A stretch of DNA of 64,000 nt from Anaeramoeba ignava BMAN (lineage: Eukaryota; Protista; Anaeramoebae): NCBI GenBank assembly GCA_028826165.1, contig JAPDFW010000104.1:62001-126000 (forward strand), written 5' to 3'. The translations under genes and the position numbers were made by a program. The notes below the pieces were generated by a model. It had not been told where the DNA came from and searched no databases. It saw nothing but the letters and a program-made list of their open reading frames with translations. Positions within the stretch are counted from its first letter, which is position 1. Every line of letters begins with the position of its first letter. Below, one piece after another: positions 39,827 through 53,599 of this stretch.

Positions 39827-42800
39827 ATGGCTTTTAATTTAAATTCAGATCCAAATGAGAAATTACTTTTTCCTGTTAATGATGGAGAATCTACTTCATC
39901 AGAAGATTTTTTAACTGAGAAAGAAATTGACCCAAAAAAGCAAAAAAAAATTAAAGCACAAATTTATCATGAACCAGAATATATTTCTCCTTATGATAAT
40001 GGATTATTACAAAAATTAGATATTTTTTTTCAAATATCAAAAAGAAAATCAAATTTTATTACAGAAATACTTGGCGGTTTAACAATGTTTTTTACAACAA
40101 TTTGTATTTTTCAAATTAAAATTAAAATCAAAATCAAAATTAAAATCAAAATTAAAATTAAAATTAAAATTAAAATTCAAAATCAAAATTAAAATCAAAA
40201 TCAAAATTAAAATCAAAATTCAAATTTAAAATCAAAATTAAAATTAAAATTAAAATTAAAATTAAAATCAAAATCAAAATTCAAATTTAAATTAAAATTA
40301 AAATTAAAATCAAAATCAAAATTAATATCAAAATTAAAATTAAAATTAAAATTAAAATTAAAATTAAAATCAAAATTAAAATAAAAATTAAAATTAAAAT
40401 TAAAATTAAAATTAAAATCAAAATTAAAATTAAAATTAAAATCAAAATTAAAATTGAAATCAAAATCAAAATTAAATTCAAAATTAAAATTAAAATTAAT
40501 TTATAAAATCAAAATTAAAATCAAATTTAAAATCAAAATTAAAATTAAAATTAAAATTAAAATTAAAATCAAAATCAAAATCAAAATCAAAATCAAAATC
40601 AAAATTAAAATCAAAATTAAAATTAAAATTAAAATTAAAATTAAAATTAAAATTAAAATCAAAATCAAAATTAAAATCAAAATTCAAATTAAAATTAAAA
40701 TTAAAAATTAAAATTAAAATTAAAATTAAAATTAAAATTAAAATCAAAATCAAAATCAAAATCAAAATCAAAATTAAAATTCAAAATTAAAAAAGATATA
40801 CTTAAAAAACAACCAGATGCTCTTCCAAAAGATATGGATCAATTATCTATTATTTGGGCAACTTGTCTTGGTGATTATATTAGATTTAATTCAATTTAAT
40901 TCAATTTTATTTAAAAATATTTTTTATTGAGAATAGTAAGTGGATTTGGTTCAATTGCTTTAGGAATTTTTTCAGGATTTCCTCTTGTTTTATCAATGGC
41001 TATTGGAGAAAATTTTTATTTTACTGAAACACTTTGCCATTATTTAGGATATTCTTGGGAAACAGCATTAAGTTTTCATTTTTTTGAAGGAATAATTTGT
41101 TTTATTGTTGCTGTACTTTATCTTTTAAAACAAATTAATCCATTTCAAAATTATTTATAAAATTAATTATAAAATTATTTATAAAATTAATTATAAAATT
41201 ATTTATAAAATTAATTATAAAATTAAATATAAAATTATTTATAAAATTAAATATAAAATTAATTATAAAATTATTTATAAAATTAATTATAAAATTATTT
41301 ATAAAATTATTTATAAAATTATTTATAAAATTAATTATAAAATTATTTATAAAATTAATTATAAAATTATTAATAAAATTATTTATAAAATTATTTATAA
41401 AATTAATTATAAAATTAATTATAAAATTAATTATAAAATTATTTATAAAATTATTTATAAAATTATTTATAAAATTAATTATAAAATTAAATATAAAATT
41501 ATTAATAAAATTAAATAGTTTTTAATTCCAAAATCAAATTTCATTTCAGCAATTCCTTCTTCATTTAGAATTGGATTATCTTATGGAGTAATTAAATATT
41601 CTTTTTTTAAAATAATATTTTAATCATTCATTTTGTTTTATATGTTTTTTATCTTTGAAGATTGGATTATTTCTTGGAAAACTTGGATTAGTTGATGTTT
41701 TACATTTAGATAGTTCATATGTATTTAAACCAAGTTATGAAGCATTACTTGGTATTTTAACACTTGTATTAGTTGTATTTGGAGTATCAAGAAAATATCG
41801 ATGGATTTTTGTAATTTCTGTTTTAGTTTGCACAATTTTTAGTATTATAATAAGAGCAAGTATTGATGATTTAAATATGGAAACTTGGAAATTCCCAAAT
41901 CTTTCAAAATCAGCATTCAAATTAAATTTCCATTGGAAAAATGCAATACCTTTATATTTTATTATATTTTTGGCTTTGGAAAATTTATTCAATGTTGTTT
42001 GTACAATTTTAACTGTTATTCAATTTGCTTTTTTGGATAAAATTCGATTTGATGCAAATGGATTTGAGAAATTAATTTCAAGTTCAAATACAAATAAATT
42101 TCGGAATATATTGGTTGTAAATGGATTTTTTGTGATTGTTGGAAGTCTTTTAGGAACAACACCAAATGTAGTTTATATTGAATCATCTGTTGCAGCAGCA
42201 GTTGGAGCAAGGTTAATTTTGATTTAATTTAATTTGGATTTAATTTGATTTTAATTTAATTTGAATTTGATTTAATTTGATTTTGATTAAATTTGGATTT
42301 AATTTTTGATTTAATTTTGATTTAATTTTGATTTAGATTTTGATTTAATTTGATTTAATTTTAAGTTTTAATTTAATTTAATTTAGTTTAATTTAATTTG
42401 TAATTTAATTTAATTTAATTTAATTTAATTTAATTTAATTTAATTTTTTGATTTGATTTTGATTTAATTTTAATTTTAATTTAATTTTAATTTAATTTAA
42501 TTTTAATTTGGATTTAATTTTTAATTTAATTTAATTTAATTTTAATTTAATTTTGGATTTAATTTTGATTTAATTTTGATTTAATTTGATTTAATTAATT
42601 TTAATTTAATTTTGATTTAATTTGATTTAGTTCAATTTAATTTGATTTAATTTTGATATAATTTGGATTTAATTTGATTTAATTTAATTTAATTTTGATT
42701 TAATTTGGATTTAATTTAAATTTGATTTAATTTAATTTAATTTTGATTTAATTTTGATTTAATTTTGATTTAATTTGATTTAATTTGGTTTAATTTTGAT

Positions 42801-44184
42801 TTAATTTGGATTTAATTTAATTTTATTTGATTTAATTTTGATTTAATTTTGATTTAATTTTGATTTAATTTTGATTTAATTTTAATTTGGATTTAATTTG
42901 GATTTAATTTAGATTTAATTTGGATTTAATTTAATTTAATTTTGATTTAATTTTGATTTAATTTAATTTTAGTTTAATTTAATTTGATTTAATTTAATTT
43001 AATTTTTAATTTAAATTTTATTTTGGATTTAATTTTGATTTAATTTTAATTTTAATTTAATTTGATTTAATTTTAATTTAATTTTTGATTTAATTTTTGA
43101 TTTAATTTAATTTTTTTAATTTAATTTAATTTAATTTTAATTTGATTTAATTTAATTTTATTTAATTTGGATTTGATTTAATTTAATTTGGATTTGATTT
43201 AATTTAATTTGATTTGATTTAATTTAATTTGGATTTAATTTTTTATTTTTGAATTTAATTTAATTTTTGATTTAATTTTAATTTATTTGATTTGGATTTA
43301 ATTTGGATTTAATTTTGATTTAATTTAATTTTAATTTAATTTAATTTAATTTAATTTAATTTAATTTAGTTTAGTTTAATTTAATTTGAATTTATTTTTA
43401 ATTTGAATTTATTTTTATTTTTATTTAATTTTGATTTAATTTGGATTTAATTTAATTTTGATTTAATTTAATTTGATTTGATTTTGATTTAATTTTGATT
43501 TAATTTTGATTTAATTTGATTTGATTTTGATTTAATTTAATTTGGATTTAATTTGATTTAGATTTGATTTAATTTTGATTTAATTTTGATTTAATTTTGA
43601 TTTAATTTTGATTTAATTTTTATTTAATTTTATTTTGATTTAATTTTGATTTAATTCAATTTGGATTTGATTTAATTTTGATTTAATTTAATTTAATTTT
43701 GATTTAATTTTGATTTAATTTTGATTTAAATTTGATTTAATTTTAATTTAATTTAATAGAACTGGATTTGCATCTGTTATTACAGGATTATTATTTCTTT
43801 TATCAGCATTATTTTATCCAATAATTTTATTAATTCCACCAGAAGCAACAGGAAGTCTTCTTTTATATACTAATATTTTAATTTTTACAATGCTAAAATG
43901 TAAATTGAAAAAAATTTTAATTGAAAAAATTTAATTAAAAAAATTTTAATTTTTTAGTTATGGAATTTGATAATATTATTGAAATAATTCCTGTTATTGT
44001 TTCTACTATTTTAATCCCAATTTTTTCAAGTATTACAAAAGGTGTTTCTTTTGGTTATTTAGTTCTTTTAATTTCTTTTATTTTTGGAAAGAATAAAAAA
44101 TGGAAAGAAATTAATTTAACAATGGCTGTTCTTGGTGTAATTGCTGCTTCTCAAATTTTTATTCCTAGATATTGGTTTGCTTAA
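39827..44184 (+). CDS. AzgA-type (NCS2 family) purine permease
   Basis: Seven exons with introns 40104-40795, 40871-40936, 41113-41518, 41588-41660, 42212-43759 and 43900-43957, all in frame. Motifs TEILGGLTMFFTTIYIL, AIPSSFRIGLSYGIGLF and LGTTPNVVYIESS..GARTG. Confidence 0.88.
42212..43759 (+). repeat. 1548-nt intron composed of degenerate (GATTTAATTTT/TTTAA)n
   Basis: GT at 42212, AG at 43759; the flanking exons join as GA-R-TG. Confidence 0.85.
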
Positions 44185-44377
44185 TTTTTTTTTTATAATT
44201 TTTTAAATTTGAATTTTGTTTAAATAAAAAAAAGCAAAAAAAAAAGTGGAATTAATGAATTAATTAATTGATTTTGTTTTTATTTGTTTTTTGTTTTTTT
44301 GCTTTTTTGTTTTTGTTTTGTTTTGTTTTGTTTTGTTTTGTTTGCTTAGCCAAAAACAAAAACAATAAAAAAGCAAA

Positions 44378-47300
44378 TCACATTTTGAATTGAGAAGAAA
44401 ATAAATTTGAATCTTCAATAATTGAACGATGAATTGTAATTAATTGAGTTCTATCTAAAAAGATTTGTTTTTTGAGATTTTGTAAATTTTCCATTTTAGA
44501 AGAATCACTAATAGGAATTTTTAAAGAACCAAGAATCATTTGAGAATTTTGATTCATATTTTGGAAATCCAAACGAAGATTTGTATTTTTTTGATCATTA
44601 GAATTTTGATTTGAAATCAATTCATTTTGTAATTTTGAAAGTAAAGTATTTGATTTATGAAAAAGAGAAGATAAACGATTTTTCTGGATTTGGAAATGAG
44701 GAACAGAATGTTGCGAAGAAAGATTGATTACGCGCAATCCTGCAGTTGCATCACGAAGAGAATTGCGCATATTTTGAAGTTCTTTTTTTCTTGGATCAAT
44801 GGGAAGTTTTGATTGATTTAGAAGATAATCATTTGTTGATGAAAATGAAATTGAATGTAATTTAAGGATTTCTGCTTTTGCTTTCAACATTGAGTTTTTT
44901 TTGCGAAGATGATTTAATGCGCTTTTGAGAGCTGCGACGTCTTGTGAAGGAACTGAGGAATCAACAAAATTTGCATTCTCATCAGAAAGTATTTCTTGAT
45001 TTTCGGGATTAAGACTTGGATTTTTGGAAATGATGTGACGGAATTTTTTGTTTTGTTGATCAATTTCAATCAGTTGTTTTTCAAGACTTCCAATTTCTTC
45101 TTGATATGCTGAGCGTTGTTGTTTGTATTTTTCAATTTTGCGATCCAATTTGTCAACAAAAGAAGCTTTTTGGATTGCGTGATTTAATTTGCTTTCAATC
45201 ATTTCTTTGTAAAGTTCGTAATTCTTCAAATCTTCTTGTTTTGAAATTAATGATCGATTTAGTTCCAAATTCTCATTTATTAATGATTGCATTTGTGGTT
45301 GCAATCTTTCAAATTCTTGGAACATTTCTCTCGTTTTTTTGGCATGAACTTTCCATGCTTCTTCTTGTTCTTTGGGTGTTTGAGCTTGTGTTTTTTCTCC
45401 TCTTGAAAATTCATTGGAAAGTGAATTTAAATTTTGGACTATTCTTTGTGATACATCAATTAATTTTTCAGTTTCCGTTTTCTTTTTAATTTCCTTTTCA
45501 TCATTTTTATCATTTTCATCGTTATTATCATTATTATCGTTATTATCATTTTCATCTTCATCATCTTCATCATCTTCATCTTCATCATCATCTTCATTTG
45601 GAAATGCTGTTATAAAATCTTGAAATTTTTTTGTTACTTCTTCTGGTATTTGTTGTGTTGGTGCAAGTAAATCCATTTCATTATCAAAAATCTTTGCAAA
45701 TTCTTCAAAAAGTCTTGAAATTTTCATTGTATCAGAAACACATTTATCTAACTATTAAATCAAAGAAATAAAAATAAAATAAAATAAAATAAATAAAAGG
45801 TGAAGAATTTTTTTTAAATAACACGTGTTAATTTTTTTTTGAATAAACCAAAATAATTTTACCAAATTTTGGATTGAAGAAGTATGAGGAAGAATTGAGT
45901 TTTCTCCTTCTCTTAGAATTTTGCGAACAGATTTATTAATGTTGCTTTGAAATTCAATCAAAGAAAGAATGGAATCGATAAGTTGTTGTTGTTCAGGTAA
46001 GATATGTTGTGATGAATCAAGATTGGAAGTTTGTTTGGCACATTCTGCCAAATGAGAACGGTATCTGCGCAATACATGAGAAAGAGCCAAAGCGCCATTT
46101 GTGTTTGAAGAATGGATTGCATGGAATAAACGAAGAACTTGTAGCCATCCTGGAATTTGTTCATCAGGAAGAAAAATATCGATAATTTGCTTCATTCTGG
46201 AAAGAGAATCCGAAAGTGAAACAAGAGAATAATCAGGACGAATTTCGAGTTTTGTGAAAAGTTCAAGGAGTTTATCAATGATTTTCTCGGTGTAAAGAAT
46301 TTCTGAGAGACTTGATCCAAGTTTGGTGTATTTTTCAAGATCGTCTGTTGAAAGAGCAAGAGAATAAAGATCGCAAATGTATCGAAGAATTGCAAGAAGA
46401 TTTTCTAGTTTGACAGCGAATGCTGCGCTTTGTTCATCAAAGGCATCGCCTGCGCCGAGATTATCTGAAGCAAAAATCGCGTCAACAGCATCTGAAGGTG
46501 AAAAATTTTTATCAAGAAGTTCAACTAGCAAATCTCTTTTTGTTTGCAAACGCGAAATGAAACGAACAGTTTCAAAGGCTCGCGTGTCCGTTCGAAGAAG
46601 ATCTCCTGGAATGACTTTCTCTGTAAGAGATATTTGCATGTTGAGATCGTTTATTTTCACATTGAGAAGTTTTAATTCTGTTTCAAGTTGAGAATTGTTT
46701 CTCTCAACAGAAAGTGTTTTGAGTCTTAAAGACTCCATTGTTTGCTTCTCGTCTTGAACTTGCTCGAGTTGTTTTTCATGAATTGAGTGGGATTGCTGAA
46801 GAGAATCGGTTTCTTTTTGCAATTTCTGGGTTAATGATTGATATTGTCTTATTGCTTCTTCTCGTTGTTCAAGTTGTTTTTCAAGTTCTGTAATGCGTGA
46901 ATTTGCAGAGACTAAATCATCCTCTATTTGCGAGATCTCTTCTCTCAAATCTGTGATGATTGCTGATTGATCCTGTTCAAGAAGCTCAGAAATTTCTTTC
47001 AATTCTTCCATCTCTGCCAGAGAGTTTTTAAGCATTATAATTTTCTCTTCGTTTTCAAGATTCTTTTCGGATAAGTCTTCAATCATCATTTCGTTGTCTC
47101 GACTTTCATCAATTACCTTCTTGAACTCTTCATTTTCTTCAACGACAATTTCTAGTTGTTCTGTCAAGTTGTCAATTTCTTCTTGCAAATCTTTTATCAG
47201 TTCGTTTTCTGTTTCCAGAACCTCGATTCTTGCTTCTGCCTCGCTATTTTCTTGTTGTCGAAGCTCCTGAAGAGCAAGAATTGCCTCTTTCAGTTTCTGG

Positions 47301-50300
47301 TTTTTCACAACAAGTTTTTGGAACTCTGATAAAGGAACACTGTTTTCTCTTAATTGAGGTGGCGTTGATGGCACTTGCTGCAACTTAGAATCATTGTCAA
47401 CTGGCGTTGATGTTGTTTGGGATTCATTGTCATTTGGCGATGGTGTTTGTTTGGGTTCATTGTCAGTTGGCGTTGATGTTTGTTTGGGTTCATTGTCAGT
47501 TGGCGTTGATGTTTGTTGTTTTTCTTTTTCCTGAGTTTCAGTTGGCATTGACGTTGTTTCTGCACCAGAATCAGTCATCATAATTGGCATTGTTTCTCCT
47601 GCTTTTTCAATTTCCTGTTTTAATCCAGCAAGTTCCAATTCAAGCTCTTCAATTCGATACTCTTTGTCAGCAAATGCCATTTTCATCATATCAATTTGTT
47701 CTTCCAAAGTTCTCTTATCGATAGTCAACGATTCAATTAATTCTTGCATATTTTGGATTTCATCGTCTTCAAGTTGAAGATCATCTTCATCTGCTTCATT
47801 TTCAGCTTCAGCGCTTTGCTCCGTCTTGTCATCATCCTCTTGCTCAGATTTCTGCTTTTGTTGCTGTGCTAATTCCTGCAGTTTGTCTTCATCCTTCACC
47901 GAATTTTCTTGGTTTTCATTTTCGGTTGTTGTTTTTGAATCGACGGTTTTATTTGTTGGTTCTTTGTTTTCCTTTTTTTGTTGCATTTCCTTTTTCAATC
48001 TCTCAATTTCCCTTTTCAACTTGAGATTTTCAGCTTCGATCTGTTGGTCTTTTTGCTTTTTAATTTCTCTTTGTGCTCGAATTTTTGAAATGACTTGTTC
48101 AGATTTTAATTGCGGTTTTTTTTGAACTGTTGGAGGCGACTGTGCTTCCTTTGTTTTGGGTGCAGTTGTCTTTTTTGCTCCACGCATTAATTCTGAGGTT
48201 TTACGAATTGTCTTTGATTTTGTGCGTGATGATGTTTCTGAAGGCACAGTAACTTTAGGTGATCTTTTTTCTTTTTTTGTTCTTGTTTTTGGAGTTATTC
48301 CTGTTTTTGTTTTTGTTTGTGTTTGTGTTTTTATTGGGAATTTTTGGCTTGGTTTTCTAAACACTGTCTTTCCTTTTCTTGTTTTTTGCGAAAGTTTGTT
48401 CATAATTTTCAATCCAGATTCATTTTTGGATTTTTCCGTTAAATTTTTGCTTTCTGTTTTTTTTGTTTTATCTTCCTGTTGATTTATTTCTTTTGTTTTT
48501 GAATTATTTTCATTTGAATCATCATTTATTTTTGAGTCTTCAAGAAGATCTTCCAAAGACAATAAAAACGCATTAACTGAATCTTGATTTTGGAATTTTT
48601 TTTCTTGTGGTTTTTTTTCTAGTATTTTTGGTTTTTCTTCTTTTTTTTCTAATGGATTTGATTGTGATAATTGATCAATTTTTTCTAAAGCTTCATCCTC
48701 TTCATTTCCATCGATTAAATCTTGAAGAGATTGTAAGAATCCATCAACAGATTTGTCAATTTTGGTTTCTTTTTTTTTATAATTTTAATTTTAATTTTCT
48801 ATAATTTTTGAATTTTAATTTTTGAATAATTCTTACTTGTAGATTTTCCACTATTTGGATCCTAAAAAGAATAAATTTTATTTTTAATTTTAAATTTAAT
48901 TTTAAATTTAATTTTGAATTTAATTTTGAATTTAATATTGATTTTGAATTTAATTTTGATTTTAATTTTGAATTTAATTTTGAATTTAATATTGAATTTA
49001 ATTTTAAATTTAATTTTGAATTTTATATTGAATTTAAATTTGAATTTAATTTTGAATTTAATTTTAAATTTAATATTGAATTTAATTTTAATTTTTATTT
49101 TGAATTTAATTTTAAATTTAATTTTGAATTTTATTTTAAATTTAATTTTAAATTTAATTTTGAATTTAATTTTGAATTTAATTTTGAATTTAATTTTTAA
49201 TTTTAAATTTAATTTTAAATTTAATTTTAAATTTAATTTTGAATTTAATTTTAAATTTAATTTTGAATTTAATTTTAAATTTTATTTTAAATTTAATTTT
49301 AAATTTAATTTTGAATTTAATTTTGAATTTAATTTTGAATTTATTTTTGAATTTTATTTTGAATTTAATTTTGAATTTAATATTGAATTTTATTTTAAAT
49401 TTTATTTTGAATTTAATTTTGAATTTAATTTTGAATTTAATATTGAATTTAATTTTGAATTTAATTTTAATTTTATTTTTGAATTTAATTTTGAATTTAT
49501 TTTTAAATTTAAATTTAATTTTAATTTAATTTTAATTTTGAATTTTATTTTAAATTTAATTTTGAATTTAATTTTGAATTTAATTTTGAATTTAATTTTA
49601 AATTTTATTTTGAATTTTAAATTTAATATTGAATTTAATTTTGAATTTTATTTTGAATTTAATTTTAAATTTAATATTAATTTTTATTTTGAATTTAATA
49701 TTGAATTTAATTTAATTTTGAATTTAATTTTAAATTTAATTTTGAATTTAAATTTAATTTTTATTTTGAATTTAATTTTGAATTTTATATTGAATTTAAT
49801 TTTGAATTTTATTTTAAATTTTATTTTAATTTTTAATTTTAAATTTAATTTTGAATTTTATATTGAATTTAATTTTGAATTTAATTTTTAAATTTAATTT
49901 TGAATTTAATTTAATTTTAAATTTAATTTTGAATTTTATATTGAATTTAATTTTAAATTTAATTTTAAATTTAATTTTAATTTTTAATTTTAAATTTTAT
50001 TTTAAATTTTATTTTGAATTTAATTTTGAATTTTATTTTAAATTTTATTTTGAATTTAATTTTGAATTTAATTTTGAATTTAATTTTGAATTTAATTTTA
50101 AATTTAATTTTAATTTTTAATTTTAAATTTTATTTTGAATTTAATTTTGAATTTAATTTTGAATTTTATTTTAAATTTAATTTTAATTTTAATTTTGAAT
50201 TTAATATTGAATTTAATTTTGAATTTAATTTTAAATTTAATTTTGAATTTTAATTTTAATTTAATTTTAAATTTTATTTTGAATTTAAATTTAATTTTTA

Positions 50301-50709
50301 ATTTTAAATTATTTTGAATTTTGAATTTAATTTTAATTCATAAATCTTAAATGAATGTAAAATGATTTTGTTTTCAATTTGAATTCAAAATAAATTGTTT
50401 CTGTTTTAATAAAATGTACTCTAAATAATTCAATTTTTGAAGGAGGCAAAAAAACTCCATGATTTGGCAAACAAGTAAAATATCTTTGATTTTCAATTGA
50501 ACCATCACATTTTCCCTCTTTAATTTAATATAAATTTTTTATTTGAATTGAATTTTAATTTTAAATTTTATTTTTTATATTGTTTTACCTGCTTTATCTA
50601 ATTCAATTCCAATCATAATTGAATTATCAAAATGAACATTTCCAATAAATTTAACATTTCCTTTCGAAAGATTTGAAAGAATAACTCGATCTCCAAGTTT
50701 AAAAGACAT
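44378..50709 (-). CDS. DCTN1: Dynactin subunit 1 (p150Glued)
   Basis: Spliced CAP-Gly domain (GNVKFIGNVHF..IGIELDKAEGKCDGSIENQRYFTC..HGVF), basic region, and coiled coils with IESLTIDK, NQKLKEAILALQEL and MIEDLSEKNLENEEKI..EMEELKEISE. Introns 50518-50588, 48862-50419, 48769-48836 and 45752-45862. Homopolymer shifts near 48600-48645. Confidence 0.85.
48862..50419 (-). repeat. 1558-nt DCTN1 intron made of 12-bp (AAAATTAAATTC)n variants
   Basis: Visible array; explains the spurious LILN/FNFE ORFs. Confidence 0.85.
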
Positions 50710-50819
50710 TATTTTAAAAAAAAATGAAAAAAATGAAAAAAATGAAAAAAAAGAAAAATATTTTAATTAAAAAAAAAATTAAAAAAGAAAAAAAAAATAT
50801 AAAAACTTTTCTTCTTTTT

Positions 50820-51914
50820 TTAATCTCTTGAATGTTTTATAATTTTCAAACTTAATTTTCCATCTTCTGTATCTGAAATTTTTGCAAATGATCTCCAACC
50901 ACTAAAATCAACATTAAAACAACCAAGACTACAAAATTTTTCTTCTAAAGAATATTGAAAAGCATGAGTATGACCAATAAGTAAAAAATCATCCTGTTTA
51001 ACATAATTTGGATAAAAATATCTTAATCCACGAAGAAAAGGTTTAATTTCATGACCTTGAACAGCATAATTATTTCCTCCATCATGAGCCAAAACAATTG
51101 CTCCATAAACTGGATCTTCTTCAATTTCAGTTTTTTTCTCTTGATTATTTTCGTTATCTTCATTTTTTGCTTTTTCTTGATCTTCTTCATTTTTTGCTAG
51201 TTCAATTTTTTCTTCTTTTTTCTTTTCATTTGTTTCAGTTTTTGTTTTCTTTTTCTTCCCAGAATTAACAAGTTTTACAAAATAACCCTCAATAATCTGA
51301 ACCAAATGATTTTTTGGAAGTTTTTTCTTTACAAAAGATAATATTCTTCTGTCATGATTTCCTCCAATCACATAAATAGGAATATTACTTTTTGCAAATT
51401 CATCAAAAATTTCAATACAATATTCAACACTATCACAAGATCCATGAAAAAGATCACCTAGAATCCAAAGTTGGTCTAATGATTCCCTTTCAATTAATTC
51501 TGCAACTGATTTTATTGTTTTTTTTGGATCACCTCTAAAATAAGAATCATTTTTATTTGTGAAATGAAGATCGGAAACACAAGCACAATTCCAAGGTTTT
51601 TCAGGTTTAATTTCCACGCAATTTGCTTGATTAAAAAACATTTTCATTACTTTTTTTTCTTCATTTGTATTATCTTTTTGATTTTTGTTGTTTACAGTTA
51701 TATATCTTTCCACTTTTTGAGTTGGTTTTTTAATTTTTGTATTATCTTTAAAATCTGGTGGTTTAGCTTTTGGTGGTGGTGGTGGTTGATTTGTTGTTTG
51801 ATTTGTTTCTTGATTTGTTTCTTGATTTGCTGTTTGATTTGTTTCTTGATTTGTTTCTTGATTTATTTCTTGATTTGTTTTTTGCTTTATTTTTTTTGAT
51901 TGTTTTTGTCCCAT
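50820..51914 (-). CDS. Calcineurin-like metallophosphoesterase with a probable N-myristoylation signal
   Basis: Motifs SDLH, LGDLFH, GGNHD, AHDGG and GHTH; N-terminus MGQKQS; intronless. Confidence 0.88.
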   Translation of the reverse strand: MGQKQSKKIKQKTNQEINQETNQETNQTANQETNQETNQTTNQPPPPPKAKPPDFKDNTKIKKPTQKVERYITVNNKNQKDNTNEEKKVMKMFFNQANCVEIKPEKPWNCACVSDLHFTNKNDSYFRGDPKKTIKSVAELIERESLDQLWILGDLFHGSCDSVEYCIEIFDEFAKSNIPIYVIGGNHDRRILSFVKKKLPKNHLVQIIEGYFVKLVNSGKKKKTKTETNEKKKEEKIELAKNEEDQEKAKNEDNENNQEKKTEIEEDPVYGAIVLAHDGGNNYAVQGHEIKPFLRGLRYFYPNYVKQDDFLLIGHTHAFQYSLEEKFCSLGCFNVDFSGWRSFAKISDTEDGKLSLKIIKHSRD

Positions 51915-51984
51915 TTTATTAAATTTTTAAATATAAAGAAAGAAAAAGAGAATAACAAGGTGAAAAAAAAAATGAATTTCTTTT

Positions 51985-53490
51985 TTAGAATTAATTTATT
52001 ATTTAATTTTGAAATCTTTTTAAAATTAAATTTATAAATAAATTATAAATAAATTATTAATAAATTATGATTTAAATTTAAATAAAATTATTATTAAAAT
52101 ATTTATTCAATTTTTTAAATAATTTAGAATAGAATTAATTTATTATTTAATTTTGAAATCTTTTTAAAATTAAATTTATAAATAAATTATAAATAAATTA
52201 TAAATAAATTATAAATAAATTATAATTTAAATTTAAAATAAAATTATTATTAAAATATTTATTCAATTTTTAAAATAATTTAAAATAGAATTAATTTATT
52301 ATTTAATTTAAAAATCTTTTTAAAATTTAATTTATAAATAAATTATTAATAAATTATAAATAAATTATGATTTAAATTTAAATAAAATTATTATTAAAAA
52401 TATTTATTCAATTTTTAAATAATTTAAAATAGAATTAATTTATTATTTAATTTTGAAATCTTTTTAAAATTAAATTTATAAATAAATTATTAATAAATTA
52501 TAAATAAATTATAATTTAAATTTAAATAAAATTATTATTAAAATATTTATTTAATTTTTAAAATAATTTAGAATAGAATTAATTTATTATTTAATTTAGA
52601 AATCTTTTTAAAATTTAATTTATAAATAAATTATAAATAAATTATTAATAAATTATGATTTAAATTTAAATAAAATTATTATTAAAATATTTATTCAATT
52701 TTTTTTAAATAATTTAAAATAGAATTAATTTATTATTTAATTTTAAAATCTTTTTAAAATTTAAATTTATAAATAAATTATAAATAAATTATTAATAAAT
52801 TATGATTTAAATTTAAATAAAATTATTATTAAAATATTTATTCAATTTTTAAAATAATTTAAAATAGAATTAATTTATTATTTAATTTAGAAATCTTTTA
52901 AAATTTAATTTATAAATAAATTATTAATAAATTATTAATAAATTATGATTTAAATTTAAATAAAATTATTATTAAAATATTTATTTAATTTTTAAATAAT
53001 TTAAAATAGAATTAATTTATTATTTAATTTTGAAATCTTTTTAAAATTTAATTTATAAATAAATTATTAATAAATTATAATAAATTATAATTTAAATTTA
53101 AATAAAATTATTATTAAAATATTTATTCAATTTTTAAATAATTTAAAATAGAATTAATTTATTATTTAATTTAAAAATCTTTTTAAAATTTAATTTATAA
53201 ATAAATTATAAATAAATTATAAATAAATTATGAATTAAATTATAAATAAAATTATTATTAAAATATTTATTTAATTTTTTAAAATAATTTAAAATAGAAT
53301 TAATTTATTATTTAATTTTGAAATCTTTTTAAAATTTAATTTATAAATAAATTATAAATAAATTATTAATAAATTATGATTTAAATTTAAATAAAATTAT
53401 TATTAAAATATTTATTCAATTTTTTAAAATAATTTAAAATAGAATTAATTTATTATTTAATTTTAAAAATCTTTTTAAAATTTAATTCAT
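51985..53490. repeat. ~145-bp AT satellite, about 10.5 copies
   Basis: AGAATTAATT anchor at 51987, 52131, 52287, 52431, 52576, 52721, 52866, 53007, 53150, 53296 and 53441. Confidence 0.9.
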
Positions 53491-53599
53491 AAAATCCCCC
53501 TTTTATTTGTTTCAAATTGCCACAAAAAAGAACAAATTAAAATTTTTCATTTTTCATTTTTCATTTTTCAATTTAAATCAAAAATTTCTTTTTAAAAAA

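Noticed and set aside
6160-48650. Recurrent frameshifts (UTP6, TPR gene, 17060, FANCD2, RCC1-BTB, DCTN1) as programmed frameshifting or mass pseudogenisation
   Set aside because: Nearly all fall in homopolymers or microsatellites of conserved genes, which is typical of long-read consensus error. No shared slippery motif was seen; reads are needed to exclude it fully.
45106-48804. Plus-strand ORFs opposite DCTN1, and similar antisense ORFs opposite other genes
   Set aside because: Shadow ORFs of the coding strand with no independent motifs.
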